DNA from: Candidatus Hodarchaeota archaeon
GTDB taxonomy: Archaea; Asgardarchaeota; Lokiarchaeia; Sigyniarchaeales; SOKP01
Reading direction: 5' to 3'
DNA: 64,000 nt
NCBI GenBank assembly: GCA_048887225.1
Contig: JBHLJY010000004.1
Span: forward strand, 1-64,000
This document shows positions 18,588-29,389 of this stretch, piece by piece. The position numbers were made by a program, and so were the translations under genes. The notes below the pieces were generated by a model that was given only the letters and a program-made list of their open reading frames with translations, searched no databases and was not told the DNA's origin. Numbering within the stretch: the stretch's first letter is position 1; every line of letters starts with the position of its first letter.

Positions 18588-20093
18588 TTATGATAAATTA
18601 TTAAGTAATTTTGTTAAGAAGTTCCAAAATTTCTCGATACTTCTAATCTTTAAGCGCTCATCCGGGCTATGAGAATTTACCATTGTTGGACCAATAGATA
18701 TCATTTCTATGTCTGGGAATTTTTTTTTTAAAATCCCCGTCTCTAATCCCGCATGAATCACCTCAATAATAGGCTCCTTGTGAAATAATTCCATATAAAT
18801 GTTCTTTGAAATTGTTAATAATTTGGATTTAAAATTTGGTTCCCATCCTGGATAATCTGCTGGATGTATTATATTGATATTCAAATTGGCTAATTTAAAT
18901 AATGCTTCTATTTTTTCGTAGATAACTCTCTTAGAACTCTCTTGTAAACTCCTTTGACTTGTTATAATCTTTATTAAACCATTTTTCGTCCTTATTGAAG
19001 CTAAATTAGTAGATGTATGTACTAAATTTTGAAATTTAGGATGATAAGAAATTGGTCCATTCGGAATCACATAAAGAATATGGAGTAATTTTTCTTGGAC
19101 CTTCTTTGGCAGAATTTTCTTCTCTGGAAAATCTTTAAGCTGTTCAAATATTATTTCCATATTTGGTTCTCTATTAGAAATATCAAATTTTATTTCAGAT
19201 ATTATTTGGTCAATACAAACCTTTAATTCTGAAACAACATCATTGTTTACAAAAATTATCGAATATACTTCTCGGGGTATTGCATTAGGTAAATTTCCTC
19301 CATTAATTGAGTTGATATAAATAGAATATTTATTGTTTATTTTCCATAAGATTTTTCCCATTAATTTTAAAGCATTTGCTCTATCTTTGTTAATGTCAAC
19401 TCCAGAGTGCCCCCCCATCAAGCCCTTTATAAATAATTTGACAGGTAACACGTTATTTTTTGACTCATCTATATTTTCATATTTGAATTTAATATCAACA
19501 TCCGTACTTATTCCCCCAGCGCACCCAATTATGAATTTATTGTCATCTTCAGAATCTAGATTAATTAAGTATTTTCCATCAATTAAATCCTCATTAATTC
19601 GAAGGGCCCCTAAGAGCGCTCTTTCTTCCTCGACAGTAAAAAGTAAATCTAATGCTATTGATCTAAAATCTAATTCAGTGTGATGAATTTTTTTCATAAG
19701 CGTCAATAAATAAGCGATTCCTACTCCATTATCTGCACCTAAGGTAGTTCCCTCAGCAGTAAGCCATTTCTCCTTATTAACTTCGACAATTTTTAATTTT
19801 AAAGGATCTTTCGAAAAATCGTGATTTACATTCGCGTTTTTCTCACAGACCATATCTAAATGGCACTGTAGAACTACTTTTGGATTATTTCCTTTTTTAA
19901 TTTTAGATGGGATTTTAATTACAAGATTCTTAGCTTTATCAATTTTTGTATCAAATCCAAAATTTTTTCCTTCTTGTTCGATATACTTACTTATTTGTCT
20001 TTCGTTCCCCGAGCATCGTGGTATTTTGGAAATCTGTTCGAAATATTCCCAAAACTCTGTAGGAGTTCCCAAATCACTTAATTTTTGCGCCAA
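18588..20093 (-). CDS. pepD: Aminoacyl-histidine dipeptidase (peptidase M20C)
   Basis: LQCHLDMV, TTLGADNG, NLDSE, GGHSG, HAGLE, HSPDE. Confidence 0.92.
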   Translation of the reverse strand: MAQKLSDLGTPTEFWEYFEQISKIPRCSGNERQISKYIEQEGKNFGFDTKIDKAKNLVIKIPSKIKKGNNPKVVLQCHLDMVCEKNANVNHDFSKDPLKLKIVEVNKEKWLTAEGTTLGADNGVGIAYLLTLMKKIHHTELDFRSIALDLLFTVEEERALLGALRINEDLIDGKYLINLDSEDDNKFIIGCAGGISTDVDIKFKYENIDESKNNVLPVKLFIKGLMGGHSGVDINKDRANALKLMGKILWKINNKYSIYINSINGGNLPNAIPREVYSIIFVNNDVVSELKVCIDQIISEIKFDISNREPNMEIIFEQLKDFPEKKILPKKVQEKLLHILYVIPNGPISYHPKFQNLVHTSTNLASIRTKNGLIKIITSQRSLQESSKRVIYEKIEALFKLANLNINIIHPADYPGWEPNFKSKLLTISKNIYMELFHKEPIIEVIHAGLETGILKKKFPDIEMISIGPTMVNSHSPDERLKIRSIEKFWNFLTKLLNNLS

Positions 20094-20190
20094 AGATATC
20101 GCTTCTTATGAAAATATATATATGAATCGACTTATATTATTTATAAGATAACACTATATTCCTTTTAATTTTAATGAGATTGGCACAATA

Positions 20191-21309
20191 ATGAGTTGGA
20201 AAGATCTATATTCCGAAGTAAAAAAGCGAAAAATGGAGGCCCTAAATAAAAAAGATGTAGTTAAAGCTGTAGAAAAACACGGAAAAATTCTTGCTATAAG
20301 TGGTAAATTTGAGAAACCCAAAAAGGTTATACAACACATGTATGCGTCAGTAAAAAGGGTAATAAAACCTAATGATGTATTAAGAATTGACTTCAATCAA
20401 TACGATTTAATATTAGTAGGTTGCCCAGGAAAAGAAATACCTACAATGGCTCATTCTAAAATAAAAGATTTTGTTTTAAATGGTGGATGGCTCTTAACAA
20501 CAGATTGGGCGGTACTTCACATAATAGAAAACGTTTTTCCTGGCTTTATAAGATGGAACCAAAAAAAGACAAGCGACACTGTTGTTGCGTGTCAAATTTT
20601 AGAGCCTAATCATCCGTTTCTGGATGGTGTTTTAGGCGAAATTCAGCAAAATAAATGGGCTAAGCAAGCAAGTGCTAATACAGGAAAAAAGGAATTTCGT
20701 TGGTGGCTTGAATTTCGGTCTTTTCCAATTCAGATTTTAAATCCTGATACAGTTCGAATATTAATTGCTTCAAATGAACTTAAGGAAAAATGGGGCGAAT
20801 CTCCCGTATTAGTATATTTCAATTACGGAAATAAAGGTGGTAGAATAATTCACATGATTTCTCATACTCATCTTCAAAAAGGAGGTGCTAAAGGAAAATA
20901 TGCCTCAGCCTTGATTTTAACAAATATCTTAGATGAAAGAATTTCCCAAAAAATGGGAATTTCTAAAATCCCAACTCCGAGATATGGCTCGGACCGGTAT
21001 ATTCAACAGCAATATCCTCAACAACCATTAGAGGATCAATGGGTAATGCCACCTCAACAAAATAATTATCTAACACCCTCTACATCTACGAGCGGGGTTG
21101 GATTATCTGGGACATCTCAAATTATAGAAGCAAACGACAGCAATTTTTCATTTGCCAGTAAATGCGTCTATTGTGGATACGATTTTGCTGATATTAGTGG
21201 AAAAATTTATCTCTGTAAAGAATGTGGAGCTTCTTATCACGATAACTGCCTTAATATGCAAATTAACGAAGGAACTTGCAAAAAATGTAATCGAATTTTA
21301 TTATGGTAA
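20191..21309 (+). CDS. Hypothetical: GATase/DUF4159-like N-terminal domain, P/Q linker, C-terminal C4HC3 (RING/PHD-like) zinc finger
   Basis: FVLNGGWLLTTDW; CVYC...CKEC....H..C......CKKC. Confidence 0.6.
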   Translation: MSWKDLYSEVKKRKMEALNKKDVVKAVEKHGKILAISGKFEKPKKVIQHMYASVKRVIKPNDVLRIDFNQYDLILVGCPGKEIPTMAHSKIKDFVLNGGWLLTTDWAVLHIIENVFPGFIRWNQKKTSDTVVACQILEPNHPFLDGVLGEIQQNKWAKQASANTGKKEFRWWLEFRSFPIQILNPDTVRILIASNELKEKWGESPVLVYFNYGNKGGRIIHMISHTHLQKGGAKGKYASALILTNILDERISQKMGISKIPTPRYGSDRYIQQQYPQQPLEDQWVMPPQQNNYLTPSTSTSGVGLSGTSQIIEANDSNFSFASKCVYCGYDFADISGKIYLCKECGASYHDNCLNMQINEGTCKKCNRILLW

Positions 21310-21421
21310 TTAACTTAATACATATATGGTATTAAACAATTAATTTGTCTTTTTCCTAATAATTATTTTATTTTATCTTGAATAAAATTAATTATAATAA
21401 TTTAAAATTTAGAGAAGTTTT

Positions 21422-22720
21422 ATGCTTAATTTAAACGAAATTTATAATGAAGTCGATAGTATAGACTCCGATAGAATCATGGATTTGATGAGAACGGTAA
21501 TTAGGATCGACACTACAGTACCTCCAGGAAATTCTTATCGGGAGTATGTTGATGCTATTTCTCCTTATTTTAAAGATTTAGGGTATAGCTTGGAGGAAGT
21601 TATAATGCCAGAAGAGCTCGTTAAAAAAATACCGTATCCATTGGAAGGACCTCGAGTCAATCTTATAGCAATAAAAGACTTTGGTCAAGAAAAATTTGCA
21701 ACTTTTTATGGTCATATGGATGTTGTGCCTGCCCCGGATGAGGGAGATAAAAAATGGCGTTTTCCTCCTTTTGAAGCAACTATGATTAAAAGCGGAAAAA
21801 TTTACGGTAGAGGCGTGTCAGATATGAAAGGCGCTATGGTATGTTTAATATCTGCACTTCAAATAATAGAAAAGCTAAATCTCACTCCGAGGTATAATAT
21901 TCGAGTTTTGAATTGCACAGACGAAGAAATTGGAGATTATCCTGGTGTTCGTTATCTCGAAGAGCACGGATACATTAAGGGAACAGAATTAGAGGAAAAA
22001 AGTATTATATTCTGTATGGAAGGTGTAATTAATCCCATAATTCCAATTGGAATGGCAGGCGATGTGGATATAGATGTTGAAACAATCGGTAGAAGTTGCC
22101 ATTCCGGTATGAATTTTTTAGGAGTTAATGCGCTAGAAGAAATGGTTCCAATCTTAGTAGAACTTATAAAATTGAAAAAAATCGTTGAAGAACGTGAGAG
22201 CAATGATATTCCCGGTTTTCCTAGATTCAAAACTGGCGAAAAAAGAAATATGGCACCCATGTTTAACTTAGATATTATTAGATCTGGCGAAAAGTCAAAT
22301 ATCGTACCAGATTTATGTACTTTAACAATAAATAGGCGTATTATTCCAGAAGAAAAATTTGAGGACGTAAAACAAGAAATTTTAGAAGCTATTCAAAGAG
22401 GGAAGGTAAAAAGTAAAGCATTAGACGTACGAACTACTTTTAAATACACCTATCCTCCATTGAAAACAGATCCAAATTCTCCTGCTTCAATGAGATTTAA
22501 GAAAGTAATTTCCACTGTTCAAAATATTCCTGAAGAAAAAATTCAATTAATTGGAGCTTCGGGAAGTACTGATATGGGCTTTCTAACTGAATATGATGTA
22601 ATAGTACATGGAGTTGGAAACCCCGGCTCAAATTCGCATGGAGTTAACGAGACTATTAAATTAAAGGATGTAAAAACTTATATAAAAGAGCTAATAGTCT
22701 TCCTATGTGTTGATTTATGA
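21422..22720 (+). CDS. M20 family metallopeptidase/deacylase (ArgE/DapE-like)
   Basis: GHMDVVP, GRGVSDMKG, DEE, SHGVNE. Confidence 0.9.
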   Translation: MLNLNEIYNEVDSIDSDRIMDLMRTVIRIDTTVPPGNSYREYVDAISPYFKDLGYSLEEVIMPEELVKKIPYPLEGPRVNLIAIKDFGQEKFATFYGHMDVVPAPDEGDKKWRFPPFEATMIKSGKIYGRGVSDMKGAMVCLISALQIIEKLNLTPRYNIRVLNCTDEEIGDYPGVRYLEEHGYIKGTELEEKSIIFCMEGVINPIIPIGMAGDVDIDVETIGRSCHSGMNFLGVNALEEMVPILVELIKLKKIVEERESNDIPGFPRFKTGEKRNMAPMFNLDIIRSGEKSNIVPDLCTLTINRRIIPEEKFEDVKQEILEAIQRGKVKSKALDVRTTFKYTYPPLKTDPNSPASMRFKKVISTVQNIPEEKIQLIGASGSTDMGFLTEYDVIVHGVGNPGSNSHGVNETIKLKDVKTYIKELIVFLCVDL

Positions 22721-22867
22721 GTTTTTAAAGGTAAATCATCCATATGTAAAATTGCGAGAAATGGTAAATATTGAACATAGAAAATATCTAATAAATTTAA
22801 AAAAGAAAAAAAAGTAAGTTTTAATTATTTATCAATTTGGAAAAATATAAGAGGAGTTTGATGGAAT

Positions 22868-23065
22868 TTACTCCTCAATTATTGTAATAGCTTCTTCAGG
22901 ACACTGAGTTTCACATGCACGACAACCTACGCAATCGTCTCTGTTATCCTCAATTACGTTTACCTTTCCGCCTTCTGGCTCATCAAAACATTCGCTAGGG
23001 CACACTTCATAACAAGTGCCGCAACCCGTACAAGCATCCATATCAATTTCGATTCCAAATGACAT
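22868..23065 (-). CDS. 2[4Fe-4S] ferredoxin
   Basis: Two CxxCxxCxxxCP motifs. Confidence 0.93.
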   Translation of the reverse strand: MSFGIEIDMDACTGCGTCYEVCPSECFDEPEGGKVNVIEDNRDDCVGCRACETQCPEEAITIIEE

Positions 23066-23286
23066 ATTAGTTAACCATTATTTTATTTTTGTTGTTTTTT
23101 ATTATTCTAAATTTTAATTATTTTAAAACTATTTTAAATATCTAAATTGTATAAAAAATATAAATTTCGTTTTTAACTTTAAAAACTAATAATTGAACTA
23201 ATTCTTTCAGAATAGAATCCTAAAATTTAAAAGATAATATTATTCTAAGTTTAAAATAAAAAAAAAATAATAAGTTATATGATCGA

Positions 23287-23631
23287 CTATTCTTCTGCGG
23301 CCTCTTCCGCAGCAAGTTCTTCTTCAAGCTCTTCGAGAGGAACTGGAGCAGGAGTCGTTAACATTGAATATCCAATCCATATCGCTATGATACAAATTAA
23401 AACTACTAATAACCACATTGGTAGTACAATAAATAAACGCCATGAGAAAATATCAAATCCCCAATTATCTATAGTCCAGTCAGAGAGTATTGGCCATTTA
23501 AATCCTTTAGAAAAACCTATTGCTTCCATGAAAAGGTCCACGATAGAGCCTAAAGTGTATAGAATAGCAATGACGATGCCTACAATCATAATTATGAAGC
23601 CTATGATTTTATCCTTTGCCGTTTTAGACAC
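23287..23631 (-). CDS. Small 2-TM membrane protein with acidic tail
   Basis: Two hydrophobic helices, WIGYSMLTTPAP, acidic C-terminus; GTG start. Confidence 0.7.
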   Translation of the reverse strand: MSKTAKDKIIGFIIMIVGIVIAILYTLGSIVDLFMEAIGFSKGFKWPILSDWTIDNWGFDIFSWRLFIVLPMWLLVVLICIIAIWIGYSMLTTPAPVPLEELEEELAAEEAAEE

Positions 23632-23847
23632 CTTTTTTTATTTTTTAATTAATATATTGCCTATTTTCGATTTAAAGCTAAATTAATTAGTTCGATATTT
23701 CTTTTTAAAAATTTTTCAAATAAAAACCATTTGGTTTTACCCAACTGATTGATTTGTTCAAGATAAGTAAAATATTATGATGATTTATTATTAGATAATA
23801 ATGAAGTAAAATTTTCTTTAAAATCATGTAATTATCGAGTTAAATAT

Positions 23848-24804
23848 ATGTCTAAAAAAGATGGATATGTCCTAATCATTGGCAGTTCAAACATGGATTT
23901 GAATATCTATTCAGAGAGACTTCCCAAGCCAGGTGAAACTGTTACTGGAGGTATATTTAAGCAATTTTTAGGAGGAAAAGGTGCAAATCAAGCAATTGCA
24001 TCAGTAAGATCAGGTGCTAAGACAATTTTTATTGCAAAAATTGGAAAAGATGCTTTTGGTGAACAGATGATTTCTCGATTGAGAAATGAAGGCATCGACA
24101 TGAGCCACATTATTAGAGATCCTCGAGAGGCAAGTGGAGTTGCTTTTATAATGATTGATAATAAAGGAGAAAATATAATTAGCGTAGCTCCAGGAGCAAA
24201 TGCGAGATTAAATCCAATAGAAATTCAAGCGAATTCTGGTATTATTAAAAACGCAAAAACGTTAGTCGTTCAAATGGAATTATCGATTGAAACCATAGAA
24301 GAAATATTTAAAATAGCTTCTCAAGGGAATGTTATTAAAATTCTAAATCCAGCCCCATTAAAACCGATTCCTCTTAAAGTTTTAAAAAATATAGATATAA
24401 TAGTTCCAAATGAAGGAGAACTATTCCGATTGCATTCATTTTTAGAATTTAAAGGATTAACAGGAGAACCAAAAGAAAAAATTGTCCAAGCTTCAAAAGA
24501 CATAGCCAGTTTAGGTGTAAAAATAGTGATTACAACTTTAGGAAGTAAGGGCTCCTTAATTTATAATAGAGAAAGTGACAAGGTTATAGAGGTTCCAGCG
24601 TTTAAAGTAAACGCGGTAGATACTGTAGGTGCTGGAGATTGTTTTAATGGAGTCTTAGCAAGTCAATTATGTAAATGTGAAACGATTATAAATGCCGTTA
24701 AATATGCAACTGCTGCTGCGTCTATAGCAGTGACAAGAAAAGGTGCACAGGAATCCATGCCCTTCCTTAATGAAATTAAAGAACGATTTAAGAAATTAAA
24801 ATAG
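23848..24804 (+). CDS. rbsK: Ribokinase (PfkB family)
   Basis: GSSNMDL, GGKGANQA, LNPAP, DTVGAGDCF. Confidence 0.92.
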   Translation: MSKKDGYVLIIGSSNMDLNIYSERLPKPGETVTGGIFKQFLGGKGANQAIASVRSGAKTIFIAKIGKDAFGEQMISRLRNEGIDMSHIIRDPREASGVAFIMIDNKGENIISVAPGANARLNPIEIQANSGIIKNAKTLVVQMELSIETIEEIFKIASQGNVIKILNPAPLKPIPLKVLKNIDIIVPNEGELFRLHSFLEFKGLTGEPKEKIVQASKDIASLGVKIVITTLGSKGSLIYNRESDKVIEVPAFKVNAVDTVGAGDCFNGVLASQLCKCETIINAVKYATAAASIAVTRKGAQESMPFLNEIKERFKKLK

Positions 24805-24830
24805 AAATCTAAATAATAAGTTCAAATAAA

Positions 24831-25505
24831 ATGATAAAAGAAATAATTCGCTCTGAAAGAGGAACACTTCTTAGAAAAAACAATTCTCAAGAGTTAAAAA
24901 TTTCAACAGATCAAACACATTTCAGTAATTTATATCTTATTAATGGAACATCATTTATTACTAAACATCTCTCAGAATCTGATTTTATTATCAAACCTTA
25001 CGATTATTATATGATAATTAATAAGGGAAATGAAAATATTGAAATAAACTATAATCTAGACATTTCTAATCATGAAATTATTTATGATCCCTATTTATAT
25101 AAGAACTCAGTAAAAGTTAATTTTAAACCAGAAGATTTCCAGCAAAAATATAAAATTCCTGATGGATATATAGATACGCTACCAAAATGGTATAGTTTTA
25201 AATTCACTTATCCTGATTATAATTTAATTTTTGTTAAACCAGAAATGGGTTTGTCTATTCAAGTTCATAAAAATAGGAATGAGACGTGGGAAGTTTTAGA
25301 GGGCAAACCAATAATTATTAGTGGAAATAAAGTGTATTATTATGTGAAAAACGGAACGAAATTCCGGAATCCAATTAATACTTTCCATTCAATAATTAAC
25401 CCAAATAAAGATCGAGAGCAATTTGTAATAATTAAAGAACGGTGGAGTGGAGAATTTTTTGAAAAAGATATAAAAAGAGTTTTTAATCCAAACCAATATA
25501 CATAA
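24831..25505 (+). CDS. Cupin-domain protein (mannose-6-phosphate isomerase type II-like C-terminus)
   Basis: LSIQVH..RNETW.VLEG, FHSIIN, DI.R. Confidence 0.6.
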   Translation: MIKEIIRSERGTLLRKNNSQELKISTDQTHFSNLYLINGTSFITKHLSESDFIIKPYDYYMIINKGNENIEINYNLDISNHEIIYDPYLYKNSVKVNFKPEDFQQKYKIPDGYIDTLPKWYSFKFTYPDYNLIFVKPEMGLSIQVHKNRNETWEVLEGKPIIISGNKVYYYVKNGTKFRNPINTFHSIINPNKDREQFVIIKERWSGEFFEKDIKRVFNPNQYT

Positions 25506-25744
25506 TCACTTCATTTTATAGAAAAAGAGTCAAATACTGCAATAAAATTTGAGGTCTTAAGATTCTAAGGATTCTCTTCATAAATTTAACTTAAACTTTT
25601 ATGTTTTATGTTTTTTACTTACCTTTTTCGTTCTTTTTATGATAAAATTAAAATTAAATCCTTTATTTATTTAGACTAATGTAATAAATTCTATCGGAAA
25701 AATACATAACAATATATAAACTAAATTAAGAAATTGGTGTAAAT

Positions 25745-26251
25745 ATGGCTCCAGATGAAGAAATTGAAAATGAAGAAGGAGAAGAATTAGAAGAAGATGA
25801 AATTATTGAAGAAACTGAAGATGATTTAGACACTGAGGCAGAACTGGACAGATTACGATTTCATTTTAGAGGTTATACCTTGGACGAGCTGAAGAAAATG
25901 AATATGGATCAATTTATTCAATTATTACCAGCGAGGGCAAGACGCTCTTTAAGACGAGGATTACCACCAAGACAGAAAAAATTGCTCGAAAGGCTAAGAA
26001 GAGCTTACAGAGCTAAAAAAAGGGGCAAAGATTTGCTTACCCGCACGCATGTAAGGGATATGCTAATTTTTCCCGAAATGGTTGGATTAAAGATCGGTGT
26101 TTATAACGGAATGAAGTATGAAATCGTTGAAGTAAAACCAGAAATGATTGGACATTATTTAGGAGAATTTTCATTGACTCGAAGGCGCGTGACTCATGGA
26201 AGTCCAGGAATTGGAGCTACAAGAAGTTCGAAATATGTACCATTAAAGTAA
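25745..26251 (+). CDS. rps19: 30S ribosomal protein uS19
   Basis: [25 protein letters not shown]. Confidence 0.97.
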   Translation: MAPDEEIENEEGEELEEDEIIEETEDDLDTEAELDRLRFHFRGYTLDELKKMNMDQFIQLLPARARRSLRRGLPPRQKKLLERLRRAYRAKKRGKDLLTRTHVRDMLIFPEMVGLKIGVYNGMKYEIVEVKPEMIGHYLGEFSLTRRRVTHGSPGIGATRSSKYVPLK

Positions 26252-26284
26252 TTATATTAAAATAAATAAATGAGATGATATTAA

Positions 26285-26764
26285 ATTCCTAACTGGGGTT
26301 ATGCTTTTCAAGAGGAACGGTGGGATGTAGATCGTTTAGCTAAAGCATCAGGTAGAGATTTAAGAATAAAACCTAAACATGCCAGAGAAATATGTGCTGT
26401 TCTAAAAGGTATGAAACTGGATCAAGCAAAAGCATTTTTAGAGAATATAATTCAATTAAAACAATCTGTCCCTTTCAGAAGGTATAAAAAGAAACTGGCC
26501 CATAAAAAAGATCTTCGGAGCTTTAGCTGGGATGCTGGAAGATACCCTCAAAAAGCCGCGGCAAGAATCTATGAAGTTCTTGCTGCTGTAGAATCTAACG
26601 CTGAATATAAAGGATTAGATGTTGATTTATGTAGAATTATTCACATAGCAGCACAAAGAGGAAGAATAATAAAAAGATATATTGAACGCGCAAGAGGAAG
26701 ATCCACAGCAAAAAACAAGCACTTAACTCATTTAGAAGTTGTTTTATATGAAATGCCTAGTTAG
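26285..26764 (+). CDS. rpl22: 50S ribosomal protein uL22 (ATT start)
   Basis: PNWGY...AKASGRDLRIKPKHAREIC lies upstream of the track ATG; GRYPQKA, RARGR. Confidence 0.95.
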   Translation: MPNWGYAFQEERWDVDRLAKASGRDLRIKPKHAREICAVLKGMKLDQAKAFLENIIQLKQSVPFRRYKKKLAHKKDLRSFSWDAGRYPQKAAARIYEVLAAVESNAEYKGLDVDLCRIIHIAAQRGRIIKRYIERARGRSTAKNKHLTHLEVVLYEMPS

Positions 26765-26822
26765 AGTATTATATAATAAATCAAAATAATAAAATCAAAA
26801 AAATAAAAATAAAGGTTAAAAA

Positions 26823-27611
26823 TTGCCACTTTCAAAACACTTTATTGAACAAGGAATTAAATTAATGCAAATAAATGAATACCTACGGTCTGAATTAGTC
26901 CGAGCCGGTTTTGCGGGTGTAGATCTACAGAAGACCCCTCTCGGTGTAAGAATTACTCTAAAGACAAGTCGCCCAGGACTTGTCATTGGGAAGGGGGGAA
27001 AGCGAATACAAGAAATTACTGATGTATTGCGAGACAAATACGAGCTTGAAATGCCGCAAATAGAGGTTGAAGAAGTCGAAAACCCTGATCTTGATGCGCA
27101 GATCATGTCAGAACGCCTTGCTTACTCTTTGGATCGAGGTAGACATTATAGACGAGCTGGCTATTATATCTTACGTAAAGTCATGGACGCTGGTGCGCGG
27201 GGCGTAGAAATTATCATAAGCGGAAAAGTAACGTCACAAAGAGCACGAACGCAAATTTTTAGAGCGGGGACAATGAAAAAAAGCGGTATGCCAGCCCAAG
27301 AAGCTGTGGATAAGGGAGTTTCTCAATGTATTCAAAAAAGCGGTGTTCTTGGAGTTGTAGTCAAAATTATGAGCTTTGATTACAAGACAGGTGATGAGGT
27401 AAAAATTAAAGAAAAAGAATTGGAAATGGCTCAAAAGCAAAAAGAATCTAAACTAGCTAAATTAAAACCAAAAGAATTGGTTGAAGAAGAAATTGAAGTA
27501 GAGGAAATAGAAGGAGCCGTACCTGAAGAACTTAAAGAATTAATAGAAGAAGTAGATGATGAAGATATTAAAGAAATTTCTTTAGAATCTTCTGAGGAGG
27601 ATGAAGAATAA
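26823..27611 (+). CDS. rps3: 30S ribosomal protein uS3
   Basis: RPGLVIGKGG KH domain, GVEIIISGK. Confidence 0.97.
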   Translation: MPLSKHFIEQGIKLMQINEYLRSELVRAGFAGVDLQKTPLGVRITLKTSRPGLVIGKGGKRIQEITDVLRDKYELEMPQIEVEEVENPDLDAQIMSERLAYSLDRGRHYRRAGYYILRKVMDAGARGVEIIISGKVTSQRARTQIFRAGTMKKSGMPAQEAVDKGVSQCIQKSGVLGVVVKIMSFDYKTGDEVKIKEKELEMAQKQKESKLAKLKPKELVEEEIEVEEIEGAVPEELKELIEEVDDEDIKEISLESSEEDEE

Positions 27612-27642
27612 ATATTTTTAAATTAAAAAATAAGAGATAAAA

Positions 27643-27867
27643 ATGAAGTTAATAAAAGCCGACCAAATCCGAAATATGGATGATAGGGAAAGAGAGAGAA
27701 AATTGGTTGATTTAAAAGAAGAATTAATGCTCCTCTATTCTGCGCAGACTGGTGGAGGACTTACTGATAATCCAGCAAAAGCGAAATTGTTAAGAAAACA
27801 AATAGCAAGGCTCCTCACTGTTAGGAATGAAGAGAAAAAATGGCAAGAGTGGGCTAAGAAGAAATGA
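27643..27867 (+). CDS. rpl29: 50S ribosomal protein uL29
   Basis: LRKQIARLLT motif; operon position. Confidence 0.93.
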   Translation: MKLIKADQIRNMDDRERERKLVDLKEELMLLYSAQTGGGLTDNPAKAKLLRKQIARLLTVRNEEKKWQEWAKKK

Positions 27868-28148
27868 ATATAAATCCAAAATATTTGATTTATCACGATT
27901 TAATAGGATTATACGCACTCGCATCCAAGCCAAAAGAGAAGAAATTCTCAGATATTGGAGTGGTTATAGACGAATCAAAAAATATGTTAATTACAGAAAA
28001 AAATAATAAAATCAAAAAATATGTTAAAAAAGATTATATCTTTAGGTTTAGATTTTCTGATGAAAATGATGATATACTTGAAGTTCTAGGCACGAAAATA
28101 GTTGGTCGTCCTGAAAATAGGCTAAGAAGTTTAAGAAAGAAAAGATGA
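27864..28148 (+). CDS. rnp1: RNase P protein subunit Rpp29
   Basis: HDLIGL, GVVIDESKN, GRPENR; operon position. Confidence 0.9.
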   Translation: MNINPKYLIYHDLIGLYALASKPKEKKFSDIGVVIDESKNMLITEKNNKIKKYVKKDYIFRFRFSDENDDILEVLGTKIVGRPENRLRSLRKKR

Positions 28149-28504
28149 TTAAAATGAGTCGCAATATTGGAATTCCAGGTGTAACACCTCCAAAGGTAAA
28201 AAAGTGCCAAGATAAGTTTTGCCCATACCATGGCACCACTAGGATAAGGGGAAAAATTACCCAAGGAATTGTAGTAAGCAAAAAATCTAAAAATACTGTA
28301 ATAATTAGAAGAGATTATATGCAATTTGTTAAGAAGTATCAAAGATACGAACGTCGTAATACTCGTCTTGCTTGTCATTTGCCAGAATGCTTATGGCAGG
28401 AAATTGAAATTGGAAATATAGTGAGGGTTGGTGAATCTCGAAAAATATCAAAAACTAAAGCGTTTATTGTATTAGACAAAATCAAAACTAAAGGAGTTGG
28501 TTAA
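28145..28504 (+). CDS. rps17: 30S ribosomal protein uS17
   Basis: CQDKFCPYHG, KYQRYERR, ISKTK. Confidence 0.96.
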   Translation: MIKMSRNIGIPGVTPPKVKKCQDKFCPYHGTTRIRGKITQGIVVSKKSKNTVIIRRDYMQFVKKYQRYERRNTRLACHLPECLWQEIEIGNIVRVGESRKISKTKAFIVLDKIKTKGVG

Positions 28505-28506
28505 CT

Positions 28507-28932
28507 ATCGGGACTAGGAGAAAATTAGGAAGGAAAAGGGTAACAAAAGCTCGAACTAGCTATGGTTTACAAAATGGTTCAAAAATATTCATCACAGATA
28601 ATTCAGGTGCTAAAATCGCCCAAATTATTAATGTTGATCACAGTAAAACACGATTAAGGAGATTGCCAAAAGCAAGTGTAGGTAGCATGGTAACAGTTAC
28701 TGTAAAAAGAGGCAAACCAGAGCTTCGAGGTAGCATACTCAAAGCCGTAATTGTTAGACAAAAAATGATTTATCGACGACTAGATGGTACAAGACTTTGC
28801 TTTGAAGATAATGCTGGTGTTCTTGTTTCGAAAGAAGGAGATCCAAAAGGAACCGAAATTAGAGGTCCAATTGCTCGAGAGGCAGCAGAAATGTTTCCTA
28901 GGCTTGCTTCAATATCAAGTTTAATAATATAA
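28507..28932 (+). CDS. rpl14: 50S ribosomal protein uL14 (probable ATC start)
   Basis: DNSGAK lies in frame upstream of the track start; FEDNAGV, GPIAREAA. Confidence 0.95.
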   Translation: MGTRRKLGRKRVTKARTSYGLQNGSKIFITDNSGAKIAQIINVDHSKTRLRRLPKASVGSMVTVTVKRGKPELRGSILKAVIVRQKMIYRRLDGTRLCFEDNAGVLVSKEGDPKGTEIRGPIAREAAEMFPRLASISSLII

Positions 28933-28954
28933 TACGTAAAAAGTGTAAAATAAT

Positions 28955-29386
28955 ATGAAGATAAAGTCAAAAAAACCTTGCAAGCAAAGAAAAGCACTTT
29001 ATAATTATAAAAACCATCAAAGGTCAAAATTATTAACTTGTCGATTAGCAGATTTTCTTAGAGAAGAATTTGGTATAAAAAGAATTCCTCTTAGAGTAGG
29101 TGATTCTGTGCGCGTAACAAAAGGGGAGTTCAAGGACTTCGAGGGTGAAGTGCTTGAAATAACTAAAGATTTAAGGGTTAAAGTTAAGGAATGTGTCTTC
29201 GATAAAGCGGATGGGACACAATTTCACCCAGCAATTCACGTTTCGAACATAATTATTACAAAGTTCAGACGCATTGGAAGGAAGATGGACGGGTGGCGAT
29301 CAGCGATGATTGAAAAAAAGGAAGGATATCTATGGGAAGAGGAATTAATGGCTCCAAAGAAAGGAAAAAAAGAAGAAGAGGAATAA
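28955..29386 (+). CDS. rpl24: 50S ribosomal protein uL24
   Basis: KQRK, GDSVRVTKGEFK KOW motif, IHVSN. Confidence 0.95.
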   Translation: MKIKSKKPCKQRKALYNYKNHQRSKLLTCRLADFLREEFGIKRIPLRVGDSVRVTKGEFKDFEGEVLEITKDLRVKVKECVFDKADGTQFHPAIHVSNIIITKFRRIGRKMDGWRSAMIEKKEGYLWEEELMAPKKGKKEEEE

Positions 29387-29389
29387 ATA

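Noticed and set aside
22718-22790. UGA read-through (Sec) at the end of the M20 peptidase and other TGA-ending genes
   Set aside because: The proteins look complete at the stop; no redox motif or SECIS seen
23279-23686. 135-aa plus-strand ORF
   Set aside because: Ser-rich antisense shadow of the minus-strand membrane protein
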